64,000 bases of DNA from an uncultured Gemmatimonadales bacterium (GTDB lineage Bacteria; Gemmatimonadota; Gemmatimonadetes; Gemmatimonadales; GWC2-71-9), in contig CAVSLV010000002.1 of NCBI GenBank assembly GCA_963728915.1, positions 224,001 to 288,000 of the forward strand, given 5' to 3'. Numbering within the stretch: position 1 is the stretch's first letter; each line of letters opens with the position of its first letter. A program made the translations under genes and the position numbers. The notes under the pieces are model-generated. The model searched no databases and was not told where the DNA came from. It saw nothing but the letters and a program-made list of their open reading frames with translations. Positions 1 to 10,345 of the stretch are shown piece after piece.

Positions 1-68
1 GATGGTCTCGCTGGCGCCAGGCGACTTCCGGCGATAAGGTACCGTCTTCGACGACGAACCATCGAGGG

Positions 69-3000
69 ATGATGAGATCACTCCTGCTCCTGCTGCTCCC
101 AATCTGCGGCGTCTTGGCCGCCCAGGCCACGCCACCTGCCCCGCCCTCACTCGACAGCGTCTTCAAGCCGGTGAAATGGCGCTCGATCGGCCCCTTCCGG
201 GGCGGCCGCTCGGTGGCCGCCAGCGGCGTGGTGGGCGATCCGAAGACCTACTACATGGGCACCACCGGGGGCGGGGTCTGGAAGACCGACAACATGGGGA
301 TCACCTGGCGCAATATCTCCGACGGATTCTTCAAAACCGGAACGGTCGGCGCCATCGCGGTCGCCGAATCGGATCCCAACGTGGTATACGTCGGCATGGG
401 GGAGCATGCGATCCGCGGAGTGATGACCTCTTCCGGCGATGGGGTCTACCGATCCACCGACGCCGGCAAGACCTGGAAGAAGATCGGCCTCGACGAGACC
501 CGGCATATCTCCCGCATCGTGGTGGACCCGAAGAATCCGGATATGGTGTTCGTCGCGGCGCAAGGCGCGCTCTATGCTCCCTCCCGGCAGCGGGGGATTT
601 TCAAATCCACCGACGGCGGCGCCACCTGGAAGAACACCTTGTACGTCGACGACAAGACCGGCGCCGCCGAGCTGTCGATGGACGCGAGCAATCCGCGGAT
701 CCTCTATGCCGCGATGTGGGAGCACGGCCGGCTGCCCTGGCAGGTCAAGAGCGGCGGGCCGGGGAGCGGGCTCTATAAATCCACCGACGCCGGGGAAACC
801 TGGCAGAAGATGACCAAAGGCCTCCCCGACAAGATGGGGAAGATGGCCATCGCGGTGAGCCGTTCGAACCCGGAGAAGGTATACGCCCTGATCGAAAGCG
901 AATCGAACGGCGACGACCGCGGCCTCTGGGCGTCCGACGATGCGGGCAAGAGCTGGAGCCATGTCTCCAGCGAGCCGCAGCTGGTGCAGCGGGCCTGGTA
1001 CTACATCGAGCTCTTCATCGATCCGAAGGATGAAAACCGGGTCTACGTTCTGAGCGCCCCGGCGCTCCGCTCCAACGACGGCGGGAAGACCTGGGAGACC
1101 GTGGAGGTGCTCCACGGGGATACCCACAACCTGTGGATCAACCCGGACAACGCCGACAATTTCATCCTGTCGGACGACGGTGGCGCCTCGATCACGTTCG
1201 ACCGGGGCAAGAGCTGGAGCTCGCTGGACAACCAGCCCACCGGCCAGTTCTACCGCCTCAACGCCGACAACGGGTTTCCCTACCGGATCTACACCGCGCA
1301 GCAGGACAACACCTCGGTGGTCATCACCAGCCGGGAGCTGGGAAACGGTGGGATCGACGCCGACGGCTGGACCTGGTCGGCCGGCGGCGAAAGCGCCTTC
1401 CTCGCCTTTGACCCCGATAACCCGCGCTACATACTCGGCGGGAGCTACGAAGGCACCATCGAGATCCTCGACACCAGGGCGACCGCCGCCACCAATATCA
1501 TGCCGGCGCCGATCCAGTACCTCGGCATGGACGCGAAGGACATGAAGTACCGCTACAACTGGAACGCGCCCATCATCTGGAGCCGCTGGGAGCCCAACAC
1601 CTACTACCACGGGTCCCAGATGCTGCTCAAGACCAGCGACCTGGGAAAGACCTGGAAGGAGGTCTCGCCCGACCTGACCCGCAATGACAAGGAGAAGCAG
1701 GGAAAACCCGGGGTCCCCTATACCAACGAGGCGGTGGGGGCGGAGAACTACGGCACCCTGTCCGATGTCGTGGAATCTCCCCACGAGCGCGGGGTGATCT
1801 GGACCGGCAGCGACGACGGGCTGGTCCAGCTGACCCGCGACGGCGGCGCCACCTGGAAGAATGTGACCCCGAAGGGGCTCGCCGAATGTCTGATCAACGC
1901 GATCGACGTGTCCCCGTTCGACAAAGGGACCGCCTACATCGCGACCACCCGCTACAAGTTCAATGATTTCACGCCGGGCCTCTACAAGACCACCGACTAC
2001 GGCGAAACCTGGACCCGGATCGACAAAGGAATTCCTCTGAACGCCTTCACCCGCGTGGTGCGGGAAGACGAGGTGCGGAGGGACCTGCTCTTCGCGGGGA
2101 CCGAGCTGGGCCTCTACGTGTCCTGGAACGGGGGCAAGGACTGGACCCCGTTCCAGCTCAACCTCCCGATCACGCCGGTGACCGACCTGCTGATCCACAA
2201 CGGAAACCTGATCGCGGCCACCTCGGGCCGGGGCATCTGGGTGCTCGACGATCTGTCCCTGATCCGGCAGTATCGTCCCGACGCCGCCGATTTCGCGATG
2301 TTCAGACCGGCGGACGCCTATCTCGTCAACGGAGGGAGCGAGCTCAATGCAACCGACCCCGATTTTACCGGGGCGAGCATAACCCGCGGCGTCAACCCCG
2401 CGAGCGGCATGGTGCTCTACTACCGGCTTCCCGCGAAAGCCGACAGCGCCGGCCTGACCCTCGAAGTGCGCGATTCGGCCGGAGCCCTGGTCCGGAGCTT
2501 CTCGTCGAAGAAGGACACCACGTTCAGGAAGTGGGACGGTGGCCCACCCGCCGCCCCGGTGCTGACCACCGCCGCCGGGCTGAATCGCTTCGTCTGGGAC
2601 CTCCGGTATCCCACCATGGCCGGCGTGCCCGGCATCTACATCGAGGCCAGTTATCGCGGGCACAAGGCCTCGCCGGGGCTGTACCGGCTCACCCTGAAGC
2701 TGGGGGACCGGAACGCCGCGACCGACGCGCGCATCCTGGCGAATCCCCTCTATACCACGGATGCCGCGACCTACGCCGAGTACAACCGGTTCATGTCCGG
2801 CATGGAACGCGAGATGACGGAGATGCACCAGACCGTGAATCGACTCCATCACATCCAGGAGCAGCTCACCACGGTCCTGGCGGGGCTCAAGCCCGGCGAG
2901 CCATACGCCGCCATCAAACACGAAGGCGATTCCCTGGTGGCCAAGCTCCTGGCCTGGGACGGCGACATGGTCTCCCGGAAGTCGAAGGCGTATGATGACG

Positions 3001-3251
3001 TGGAGAACTTCGCCCAGAAGTTCGCCGCCAACTACCTCTTCCTGATCAATCAGACCGAGAGCGACCTGCCCCGCGTCAATCAGCCGTCCCGCGATCGACG
3101 GGCGGTGCTCGAAGGGGAATGGACCGCGCTCAGGGCCCGCTCCGATGTCATGCTGCTCCAGGACATTCCGGCCCTGAACCGGAGGCTGTGGGCGCTGGGC
3201 ATCGGCGCGATCGGTCCCGAGGCGACCCCGCCCCCGAGCACCATCCCCTGA
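69..3251 (+). CDS. Secreted sortilin/VPS10-like BNR-repeat beta-propeller glycosyl hydrolase
   Basis: 1060 aa; signal peptide; N-terminal [11 protein letters not shown]; many SxDxGxTW (BNR/Asp-box) repeats. Confidence 0.85.
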   Translation: MMRSLLLLLLPICGVLAAQATPPAPPSLDSVFKPVKWRSIGPFRGGRSVAASGVVGDPKTYYMGTTGGGVWKTDNMGITWRNISDGFFKTGTVGAIAVAESDPNVVYVGMGEHAIRGVMTSSGDGVYRSTDAGKTWKKIGLDETRHISRIVVDPKNPDMVFVAAQGALYAPSRQRGIFKSTDGGATWKNTLYVDDKTGAAELSMDASNPRILYAAMWEHGRLPWQVKSGGPGSGLYKSTDAGETWQKMTKGLPDKMGKMAIAVSRSNPEKVYALIESESNGDDRGLWASDDAGKSWSHVSSEPQLVQRAWYYIELFIDPKDENRVYVLSAPALRSNDGGKTWETVEVLHGDTHNLWINPDNADNFILSDDGGASITFDRGKSWSSLDNQPTGQFYRLNADNGFPYRIYTAQQDNTSVVITSRELGNGGIDADGWTWSAGGESAFLAFDPDNPRYILGGSYEGTIEILDTRATAATNIMPAPIQYLGMDAKDMKYRYNWNAPIIWSRWEPNTYYHGSQMLLKTSDLGKTWKEVSPDLTRNDKEKQGKPGVPYTNEAVGAENYGTLSDVVESPHERGVIWTGSDDGLVQLTRDGGATWKNVTPKGLAECLINAIDVSPFDKGTAYIATTRYKFNDFTPGLYKTTDYGETWTRIDKGIPLNAFTRVVREDEVRRDLLFAGTELGLYVSWNGGKDWTPFQLNLPITPVTDLLIHNGNLIAATSGRGIWVLDDLSLIRQYRPDAADFAMFRPADAYLVNGGSELNATDPDFTGASITRGVNPASGMVLYYRLPAKADSAGLTLEVRDSAGALVRSFSSKKDTTFRKWDGGPPAAPVLTTAAGLNRFVWDLRYPTMAGVPGIYIEASYRGHKASPGLYRLTLKLGDRNAATDARILANPLYTTDAATYAEYNRFMSGMEREMTEMHQTVNRLHHIQEQLTTVLAGLKPGEPYAAIKHEGDSLVAKLLAWDGDMVSRKSKAYDDVENFAQKFAANYLFLINQTESDLPRVNQPSRDRRAVLEGEWTALRARSDVMLLQDIPALNRRLWALGIGAIGPEATPPPSTIP

Positions 3252-3262
3252 GACGGGCCGCT

Positions 3263-3319
3263 TCCCCTTGACTTTCTAGGGGACCCCGCGATCTTCTTTC
3301 CCTAGAAACTCTATGGGAA
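3263..3319. promoter_or_regulatory. Two imperfect palindromes, probable PadR operators, overlapping a TTGACT -35-like hexamer
   Basis: TCCCCTTGA-CTT-TCTAGGGGA (3263-3283) and TTCCCTAGA-AAC-TCTATGGGAA (3298-3319) directly upstream of padR. Confidence 0.65.
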
Positions 3320-3325
3320 GGTGAC

Positions 3326-3682
3326 ATGCCCGCTCCGCCGGTGGATCTGCTCCGCGGTACCCTCGACCTCCTCATTCTCAAGGCGCTGAGCCGGGGACGC
3401 ACCCACGGCTACGGGGTCGCCCGCTGGATCGAGGACGCCACCGGCGAAGCCCTTCGGATCGAGGAGGGCTCGCTCTATCCCGCGCTCCACCGTCTCGAGG
3501 AGCGGGGCCTGGTGGAGACCGAGTGGGGCCTGTCGGAGAACAACCGCCGGGCCCGCTACTACCGGCTCACCCCGGCCGGGCGGCGGAGGCTGCGGACCGA
3601 ATCCGACTCGTGGACCCGCTTCGCCCGGGCGGTCTTCGCCGCCCTGGAGGCCCCGGCCAACCCGCAACCGGCCGGGGCATAA
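3326..3682 (+). CDS. PadR-family transcriptional regulator
   Basis: [37 protein letters not shown] motifs. Confidence 0.95.
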   Translation: MPAPPVDLLRGTLDLLILKALSRGRTHGYGVARWIEDATGEALRIEEGSLYPALHRLEERGLVETEWGLSENNRRARYYRLTPAGRRRLRTESDSWTRFARAVFAALEAPANPQPAGA

Positions 3683-3696
3683 CCCGCGAGACGGCG

Positions 3697-6393
3697 ATGG
3701 CTGGCGAACCCCTCTGGCGCCGCTACCTCCGACTGCTCGGGCCCGACGTCGCCGCCGACGTGGACGATGAAATCGCCCACCATCTCGCCGCGCTGGAAGA
3801 GCGCTTTCGAGCCCGGGGGATGAGCGAGTCGGACGCCCGCGACGCGGCCCAGGCCCGGTTCGGCAACGTCGCCTCGGTGCGCCGCCAGCTCACCCGCCAT
3901 GACCACCGGCGACTTCGCCGTCAGGTCCATGGCCAGACCTGGAGTCACTGGATGCACGACTTCCGCTACGCCTTCCGCTCGCTGCGCCGGGCTCCGCTGT
4001 TCAGCCTGGTCGCGATCCTGACCCTGACCCTGGGCGTCGGGGCCACGACCGCGATCTTCAGCGTGATCCACGCCGTCCTGCTCCAGCCGCTTCCCTATCC
4101 CGATCCCGACCGGATCGTCCGGGTCTGGGAGCTGGGCCAGAAGGGCGGACAGATGAACTGGTCCGATCCGGAGTTCGAGGATCTGCGCGACCAGAGCCAC
4201 AGCTTTGTATCGCTCGCCCAGGCATCGGGTTCCGCCGCGATTCCGGTCCTGGCGGCCAGCGAACCGGTGCGCGCCAACGCCGCGATGGTGTCCCGCTCGT
4301 TCTTCGCAACCATGGGCGTCACCCCGATCGAAGGCCGGCTGTTCGCACCGGAGGAGCTCCAGCCGGGGGGCCGGCCCGCCGTGGTGGTGAGCGAAGGGTT
4401 TTGGAAGAACGCGTTGGGCGGTACGCCCCTCGGATCCGGAACCATCCTTCGCTTTGGCAATCAGGTCCACTCGGTCGTGGGGGTCATGCCGGCCTCCCTG
4501 AACTATCCCGACCAGACCGATCTCTGGTTTCCCCGCGAGAGCGAAGAGCGGAACCCGTATCGTACCGCGCACAACTGGCAGGTGCTGGGACGGCTGGCGC
4601 CCGGCGCGTCGCTGGAACAGGCCCGCACGGAGGTCGGCGCCATCGCCCGACAGCTCAAGATGCAGTACGGGTCCGACGTCGATATGGCCGACGCCACCCT
4701 GGTGACCCTGCGGGAACAGCTGGTCGGGTACGTCAAATCCACTCTCTACATTCTGCTCGGCGCCTCCGGAGTGCTCCTCCTCATCGCGTGCGCGAACGTC
4801 GTCAACCTGATGCTGGCACGAATGGCGGCGCGGGAAGGCGAGCTGGCCCTCCGTCTTTCCCTTGGCGCGACCCGTGGCCGCCTCGCGAGTCAGTTTGTCG
4901 CGGAGGCCCTGGTGCTCGCCGCCGGCAGCGCGCTGCTCGGATGGTTGCTCGCGGGGGCGGGAACCCGCGCCCTGCTCGCGCTGCAACAGGGGCGCCTGCC
5001 GAGGGTCGACCACGTGCGGATGAACGGGGCGGTGCTGGGATTCGCGCTGGGGGTCTCCCTGCTCATCGCGATAGGCTTGGGGCTGGTCACGGCCTGGCGG
5101 GTCGCCCGGGGCAGTCTTCGCGACGCCTTGGCGGAAGCCCAGCGCACCCAGGCCGGCACCGGGGGGATGCGGATCCGCCGGGTGCTGGTGATGGCGCAAG
5201 TCGCCGCCACCCTGGTGCTCCTGGTCGGGGCGGGACTCCTGGCCAGGAGTTTTACCCGGCTGTTGTCCATTGATCCCGGGTTCCGCACCGAGGACGTTCT
5301 GGTGCTCGAAGTCGCCCCGGACAACTCCGACTCCGCGACCCGATTGGAGAACGTGCGCTTCTACGACGAGCTGATGACTCGGCTCGCGAAGCTGCCCGGG
5401 GTGCGCGAAGTGGGAGGAGCCAATGTCCTGCCACTCGACGGGACCAGCTCGGGCAATGGGACCTTCGTGCTCCTGGAGAGCCCCACCATGCGTCCGTCCA
5501 TGGACGACCTCGATCGCCTGTTCCGGGACCCCACCTCGAGCGGCCAGGCCGAATACCGGATCGCCAGCGGCGGATACTTCCGGGCGATGGGCATCCCCTT
5601 GATCCGCGGGCGGCTATTCGACGATCGGGACCAGCCGGACGCGCCCCACGTGGCGGTGATCAGCCAGTCGCTCGCTACCCAGCGGTGGCCGGACCAGGAC
5701 CCCATCGGCAAGGTGATCGAGTTCGGCAATATGGACGGGGACCTGCGGCCGTTCACGATTGTGGGCGTGGTCGGTGACGTGCGCGAGGCGACGCTGGCCA
5801 GGACGCCGCGACCAACCGTCTACGCCTTCTACCGGCAGCGACCGGTCAAGGCAACCCCGTTCAACTTCATCATGCAGGGGCCCAGCGTCGAGTCGGCGGA
5901 GACCATTGCCACGGCCCGGCAGGCGGTGCGGGAGCTTCGCCCCGACCTGCCCCCCAGAATCCACACCATCGAATCGGTCGTCTCGATGTCGGTGGCGGAC
6001 CGGCGCTTCACCCTGTTGCTCATCGGGATCTACGGCGCCTCCGCGCTGTTGCTCGCCGCGCTCGGGGTGTACGGGGTGATCGCGTTTCTGGTCCGGCAAC
6101 GGAGACAGGAAATCGGAGTCCGGATCGCGCTCGGAGCCCAGACCGGCGATGTGATGCGACTGGTGCTCCGCCAGGCGGCCATCCTGGGCGTGGCCGGCGT
6201 GCTGATCGGAGCCGCCGCGGCGGTCGGGCTCACCCGTCTGATTGCGGGATTGCTCTTTGACGTGAGCCCGACCGATCCGCTGGCGTTCGTGGTCGTATCG
6301 GCCGGGCTCGTGGGGGTCGTGCTGCTCGCGAGTTTCCTGCCGGCCCGGCGGGCCTCCCAGGTCGATCCCATGATCGCGATCCGGGTGGAATGA
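3697..6393 (+). CDS. Duplicated MacB/FtsX-type ABC permease (orphan-permease type, no adjacent ATPase)
   Basis: Start re-called at ATG 3697; DFRYAFRSLRR, LLIACANVVNL, EIGVRIALGA, PARRASQVDPMIAIR; two FtsX-like halves. Confidence 0.9.
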   Translation: MAGEPLWRRYLRLLGPDVAADVDDEIAHHLAALEERFRARGMSESDARDAAQARFGNVASVRRQLTRHDHRRLRRQVHGQTWSHWMHDFRYAFRSLRRAPLFSLVAILTLTLGVGATTAIFSVIHAVLLQPLPYPDPDRIVRVWELGQKGGQMNWSDPEFEDLRDQSHSFVSLAQASGSAAIPVLAASEPVRANAAMVSRSFFATMGVTPIEGRLFAPEELQPGGRPAVVVSEGFWKNALGGTPLGSGTILRFGNQVHSVVGVMPASLNYPDQTDLWFPRESEERNPYRTAHNWQVLGRLAPGASLEQARTEVGAIARQLKMQYGSDVDMADATLVTLREQLVGYVKSTLYILLGASGVLLLIACANVVNLMLARMAAREGELALRLSLGATRGRLASQFVAEALVLAAGSALLGWLLAGAGTRALLALQQGRLPRVDHVRMNGAVLGFALGVSLLIAIGLGLVTAWRVARGSLRDALAEAQRTQAGTGGMRIRRVLVMAQVAATLVLLVGAGLLARSFTRLLSIDPGFRTEDVLVLEVAPDNSDSATRLENVRFYDELMTRLAKLPGVREVGGANVLPLDGTSSGNGTFVLLESPTMRPSMDDLDRLFRDPTSSGQAEYRIASGGYFRAMGIPLIRGRLFDDRDQPDAPHVAVISQSLATQRWPDQDPIGKVIEFGNMDGDLRPFTIVGVVGDVREATLARTPRPTVYAFYRQRPVKATPFNFIMQGPSVESAETIATARQAVRELRPDLPPRIHTIESVVSMSVADRRFTLLLIGIYGASALLLAALGVYGVIAFLVRQRRQEIGVRIALGAQTGDVMRLVLRQAAILGVAGVLIGAAAAVGLTRLIAGLLFDVSPTDPLAFVVVSAGLVGVVLLASFLPARRASQVDPMIAIRVE

Positions 6394-6882
6394 TCAGGGT
6401 GATTTTGCTGGATTGACCCTTCCCCGATGACAGGTGATGCAATTGATCGCCCGGGTCTCGGCGGGCGTGGACTCCAGGTTCTCCATCTTGCGGAGCGCCT
6501 GGTTGATCATCTGGTGCATGGTGGCCATCTCGCGGGTGGCCCGCTTGGGACGCTTGGCGTCGCTGGTGTAATCCCCCTCGACGTGGCAATACGAGCAGCG
6601 AACGCCGAGGGCGCGCGAGTAGCCCGTCGTCATGATATTGAGAAACTGTCTCGCCGTGGTTCCTCTCAGCGTGATCACGTTGGGGAAGACCTGCTCGGCC
6701 GGCTCGGTCTGACGGTCTGCGATTTCCTGGAGCACCGCGAGCGCCTCGCGGTCATTGGCCGCCTCGATGGTGTCGGCAGCCAGGGCGGTCGCCGGGGCGG
6801 TTGCTTCGGGAGCCGGGCGGGATGTCGGCGAGGTTCGCGCACAGCCGAGAACCAGGAGGAGCAGGACCGGGGTTGTTCGCAT
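6394..6882 (-). CDS. Diheme c-type cytochrome, probable lipoprotein (reaction-centre cytochrome c-like family)
   Basis: CSYCH and CITCH heme motifs; lipobox-like VLGC. Confidence 0.8.
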   Translation of the reverse strand: MRTTPVLLLLVLGCARTSPTSRPAPEATAPATALAADTIEAANDREALAVLQEIADRQTEPAEQVFPNVITLRGTTARQFLNIMTTGYSRALGVRCSYCHVEGDYTSDAKRPKRATREMATMHQMINQALRKMENLESTPAETRAINCITCHRGRVNPAKSP

Positions 6883-6979
6883 GTTGCCTCCGTGAACCGG
6901 GGCCGGGGTGGCTCCAGACCGATTGACGATATCAGACCCGGGAGGTAACGTCGAGGCTCGGCCCCTTCAAGGCAACCCC

Positions 6980-8428
6980 ATGTCGTCTCCGTCGCGGTGC
7001 GCGCTCGGCACTCTCCTGATCATCCTGGCCGGCGGCTCCCTCGCGGCCCAGGCCACGCCCACCGAGCGCGCCGCTGCCGGCGCGGTCCTGACCAGTATCG
7101 ACTCCCTCGAGCGGGCCCTCGCCCCCGAGAAAACCGCCGACCGCCTGGTCAAGGCGAAGAACCCCGACCGCGACCGGATCCTGGCGCGGGCGGGGGCGCT
7201 CTGGGATGCGCGGTTCCAGGGCCTGAGCGACTGGATCGGCCGCCACCCGGAAATCGGGTTCCAGGAAGTTCAGGCGGTGGACACCATTCTCGCCGTGCTC
7301 CGCCAGAACGGCTTCAAGGTGGACTCCGGCGTCGCGGGGCTCGCCACCGCGTTCGTGGCGACCTGGGTGTCTCCGGCGGGGGCCGATGGCCCCGTGTTAG
7401 GGTTGATCGGGGAATACGACGCCCTCCGCGGCACCGCCGGCCCCTTCCACGGCGACCAGCACAACGCCCAGTCCCCGGTCGCGCTGGCGGCGGCGCTCGC
7501 GCTCAAGGAATTCATCACCGAGAAGCGCATCCCCGCGACCATCAAGCTGTTCGGGACGCCCGCCGAGGAGATGGGCCCGCCCAGCAAGAGCATCATGCGC
7601 GACGCGGGGATCTTCAAGGGCACCAGCATCCTGGTGCGGAGCCACAGCACCAGCCAGACCGCCCGGGCCCGGCCCGGCTTCGGCAGCTGCTGCCTCAACA
7701 TCAACAACGTGCGCTACATCTTCACCGGACAGCCGTCCCACCAGATGAGCAGCTGGAACGGCCGGAACGCGCTCGAGGCGGCGGTGCACTTCTACATGGC
7801 GGTGGACGGGCTGCGCTCCAGCTTCCGGCCCGAGGCCTCCATCCAGGGCATCATCCCGGAAGGCGGGACCGCCCCCAACGTGGTGCCCGATCGCGCGGTG
7901 GTGGATTACTACGTCCGCTATCCCGACGGGGTCTACCTGGAGCACATCCAGGAGATGATGGACAACGCGGCGCGGGGCGCGGCGCTCGCCACCGGAACCG
8001 AGGTGAAGATCGACCGCTACGGCGAGCTCCGCGACGGCATCACCACCAGCACGCTGGAAGAGCTCAAGTTCGGGTACGAGAAGTCGATGGGAGCGCCCCG
8101 GATCACCGAGGAGCCCAACCGGCCAGCGGGTTATGAAGAGACCGGCGGGGTGGCCCAGGATCTCCCCGGCGTCGGGGTGACCGTGGCCAGCTCGACCTTC
8201 CCGAATCACACCATGGGAATGCTGGAGGACGCCTTCACCGACGTGGGACACCGCGGGTTCCGCATGGACGCCCAGATCATGGCGATGACCCTGTTCCATT
8301 TCCTGACCGATCCGCCGTTCCGCCAGGCGGTACAGGCCGAGCACACCGCGCTCCAGGGGCTGTATCGGACCTATCAGCAGAACCTGCGAAAGGCCTACGC
8401 CACCGAGATGGCCAAACCGCAGCCCTGA
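6980..8428 (+). CDS. Secreted M20-family amidohydrolase (AbgB-like)
   Basis: HPEIGFQE, EYDAL, GTPAEE, PNVVPD motifs; signal peptide; start at ATG 6980. Confidence 0.8.
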   Translation: MSSPSRCALGTLLIILAGGSLAAQATPTERAAAGAVLTSIDSLERALAPEKTADRLVKAKNPDRDRILARAGALWDARFQGLSDWIGRHPEIGFQEVQAVDTILAVLRQNGFKVDSGVAGLATAFVATWVSPAGADGPVLGLIGEYDALRGTAGPFHGDQHNAQSPVALAAALALKEFITEKRIPATIKLFGTPAEEMGPPSKSIMRDAGIFKGTSILVRSHSTSQTARARPGFGSCCLNINNVRYIFTGQPSHQMSSWNGRNALEAAVHFYMAVDGLRSSFRPEASIQGIIPEGGTAPNVVPDRAVVDYYVRYPDGVYLEHIQEMMDNAARGAALATGTEVKIDRYGELRDGITTSTLEELKFGYEKSMGAPRITEEPNRPAGYEETGGVAQDLPGVGVTVASSTFPNHTMGMLEDAFTDVGHRGFRMDAQIMAMTLFHFLTDPPFRQAVQAEHTALQGLYRTYQQNLRKAYATEMAKPQP

Positions 8429-8467
8429 TCGATCCCGCTCCCGGGCGCAGGGCCCGGTGGGACAGGA

Positions 8468-8959
8468 TCAGGGATGGATGCGTGACGGCAAGGAGGCGGG
8501 GCCCGCGGCAGCGTCGATGAGGTTTCCGAACCCGCGGAGCAAGGCGGTGGCGCGTTCCACCTCTGCCGCCCCAAACGAGCCCGCGAGATCCCGCGCGATC
8601 GCATTCTGGTAGGCCGCGAGCTTCCGGGCGACCCGGCGGCCGGCGGCGGTGAGGTGGAGCAGGGGGGAACGTCGGTGTGCCGGGTTAGGGAGGAACCGGA
8701 CCAGCCCGTCGCGCCCCAGCTCATCGGCGAGCCGCTGGACCCCCTGGCGGGCCACCCGGCGGGCCCGGGCGATCTGGGCCACCGTGCGCGGCCCTCCCCG
8801 GAGCAGCTCGAGCAGCACACTGAGACGCGGGGTGCTCTGGCCTTCCGCCGCGGTGAACCGGTCGGTCACCACCTTCATGCGGAGGAACACATCGAGGATG
8901 GTCCAGGCCAGCTCGATCAGGGCCTGGGGGGTGGCGCGGATCCGCGTCGGTCGTGCCAC
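8468..8959 (-). CDS. MarR-family transcriptional regulator
   Basis: GPRTVAQIAR...RQGVQRLADEL...NPAHRRSPLLHLTAAG winged helix; start codon uncertain (GTG 8959 or TTG 8974). Confidence 0.85.
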   Translation of the reverse strand: MARPTRIRATPQALIELAWTILDVFLRMKVVTDRFTAAEGQSTPRLSVLLELLRGGPRTVAQIARARRVARQGVQRLADELGRDGLVRFLPNPAHRRSPLLHLTAAGRRVARKLAAYQNAIARDLAGSFGAAEVERATALLRGFGNLIDAAAGPASLPSRIHP

Positions 8960-8961
8960 GG

Positions 8962-9672
8962 TCAACTCGAGCAATGGCGGTGAAGGAAGTCCACCGTTCG
9001 CCGCCAGGCAGAAGCCGTGGCGACGCTGCCGGGCTGAAACAAATCGAACTGGTGCCCCACCCCGGGATAGAGCGCCAGCTCGATGTCCCGTTGGTTCGCT
9101 CGCGCCTCCCGTTCCGCGGCGATCGCCGATTGCACGAAGGACTCCCGGTCTTTGTCGCCCTGGATGATGAGGACCGGCACGGTCAGCGTGCCCATCCGGG
9201 CCGGAAGGTCGGGATAGACGCCGTACCAGACCACGATGGCTGCCGGCGGCGGCGGGGTTCCTTCCATCGCAAGCCGTAACGCCAGGGCGCCGCCCAGGGA
9301 CAAGCCCAGCACACCGATGCGACGCGCCCCGCCGGGGATCAGCGATTCCATCCCGGCGAGCGCGATGGCGAGTCGTCTCTCCACCTCCGCGCGCCGGGCC
9401 GGGTGGTGATAGAGACCGCGTGCCCTCTCCGCATATCGGAAGACCAGGCAGGAAATGCCATCCCCGGCCAATCGTTCCGCCAGAGCCCGCTCGTGCACGG
9501 TAAGCCCGAACGCCGTGTGGAGCAGGAGCACGGCAGGAGCGTGTGCTCCGGCCTCGTGGAATGTCGCCTCGACCGTCCCCGCGTCCGCCGGGAACGAGAT
9601 GCCGCGGGGTCGCGCCCGACGGGCAATCCGCCGATCGCGCCTGAGCTGCCCGAGCGCCGCGAGGAACCCCAT
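8962..9672 (-). CDS. Dienelactone-hydrolase-like alpha/beta hydrolase
   Basis: GLSLGG nucleophile elbow, QGDKD, YPGVGHQF; start at ATG 9672. Confidence 0.8.
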   Translation of the reverse strand: MGFLAALGQLRRDRRIARRARPRGISFPADAGTVEATFHEAGAHAPAVLLLHTAFGLTVHERALAERLAGDGISCLVFRYAERARGLYHHPARRAEVERRLAIALAGMESLIPGGARRIGVLGLSLGGALALRLAMEGTPPPPAAIVVWYGVYPDLPARMGTLTVPVLIIQGDKDRESFVQSAIAAEREARANQRDIELALYPGVGHQFDLFQPGSVATASAWRRTVDFLHRHCSS

Positions 9673-9682
9673 CGGATCGGGG

Positions 9683-10240
9683 TCAGGGGCCGGCCTGCCG
9701 CATCCGCTCGAGCGCCCCTTCGATCGCAGCGGACGGCAGGTGATCGCCGATGCTCTTCCCATAGTGGGCGAGCGCCACTCGGCCGTCGGGGTCGATGAGA
9801 AAATCGGCCGGCATGGTGGACACCTGCAGGTCGAAGCCGCCCCAGAACCCGTAGCGCATCGCGCGGGCCCAGTCGAGATAGAACGACGGGAGCAGTGCGG
9901 AACCGAGCAGCCGGAGCCACGAGGTTTCCACTCCATAGGCGCGATAGATCCGCCAGGCCGGATCCCCCACCAGAGAAAAGGGATAAGCCCTTGCGCCCGC
10001 ATGGGCACGGATTCGCTTCGCGGACGAATGGAAGAACGCCACGAACCGGAGACCCCGGTCCCGCCAGGCCGGAAAGTCCCGGGCGAAATCGCGCAGCCGG
10101 AGGTTGCACATCGGGCAGGATGCATACCGATAGAAGGACAGAAGAACCGGCCCACCCCGGAGGGCGGCCAGAGCAACAGGGCCGCCCTGCACCGAGTCGG
10201 CCACAAAAGCAGGGGCGGGCTGGCCGGCGACGAGACGCAT
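9683..10240 (-). CDS. AhpC/TSA peroxiredoxin-like redoxin
   Basis: GQPAPAF, FYRYASCPMC, PADFLIDPDGRV; start at ATG 10240. Confidence 0.85.
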   Translation of the reverse strand: MRLVAGQPAPAFVADSVQGGPVALAALRGGPVLLSFYRYASCPMCNLRLRDFARDFPAWRDRGLRFVAFFHSSAKRIRAHAGARAYPFSLVGDPAWRIYRAYGVETSWLRLLGSALLPSFYLDWARAMRYGFWGGFDLQVSTMPADFLIDPDGRVALAHYGKSIGDHLPSAAIEGALERMRQAGP

Positions 10241-10258
10241 GCCCGGAAAGATTCTCAG

Positions 10259-10276
10259 TTGACAACATGTTGTCAA
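10259..10276. promoter_or_regulatory. Perfect 18-bp palindrome, candidate MarR operator
   Basis: TTGACAACATGTTGTCAA lies between the divergent redoxin-hydrolase-marR genes and the SDR gene. Confidence 0.7.
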
Positions 10277-10345
10277 GTTGATCCCGGTCGCCGATCACTC
10301 CACGGCGGCCGGTGCGCGAGGCCGGTCCCGGCGATAGGTTCCGGC

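Noticed and set aside
147..2921. 924-aa antisense ORF, and similar long shadow ORFs (for example 44469-46553, 58217-60022, 60713-62827)
   Set aside because: They mirror well-supported genes on the opposite strand. This is expected in high-GC DNA, and they have no recognisable motifs.
6394..6882. Evidence of phototrophy from the reaction-centre-like cytochrome
   Set aside because: Only two heme motifs and no puf/bch genes nearby; this family also occurs in non-phototrophs.
9455..10345. Long N-terminal extension of the SDR in the ORF track (similar extensions on thiC, iorB, dinB, AI-2E and ahcY)
   Set aside because: The extensions overlap other genes or the riboswitch; starts were re-called at the motif-consistent downstream codons.
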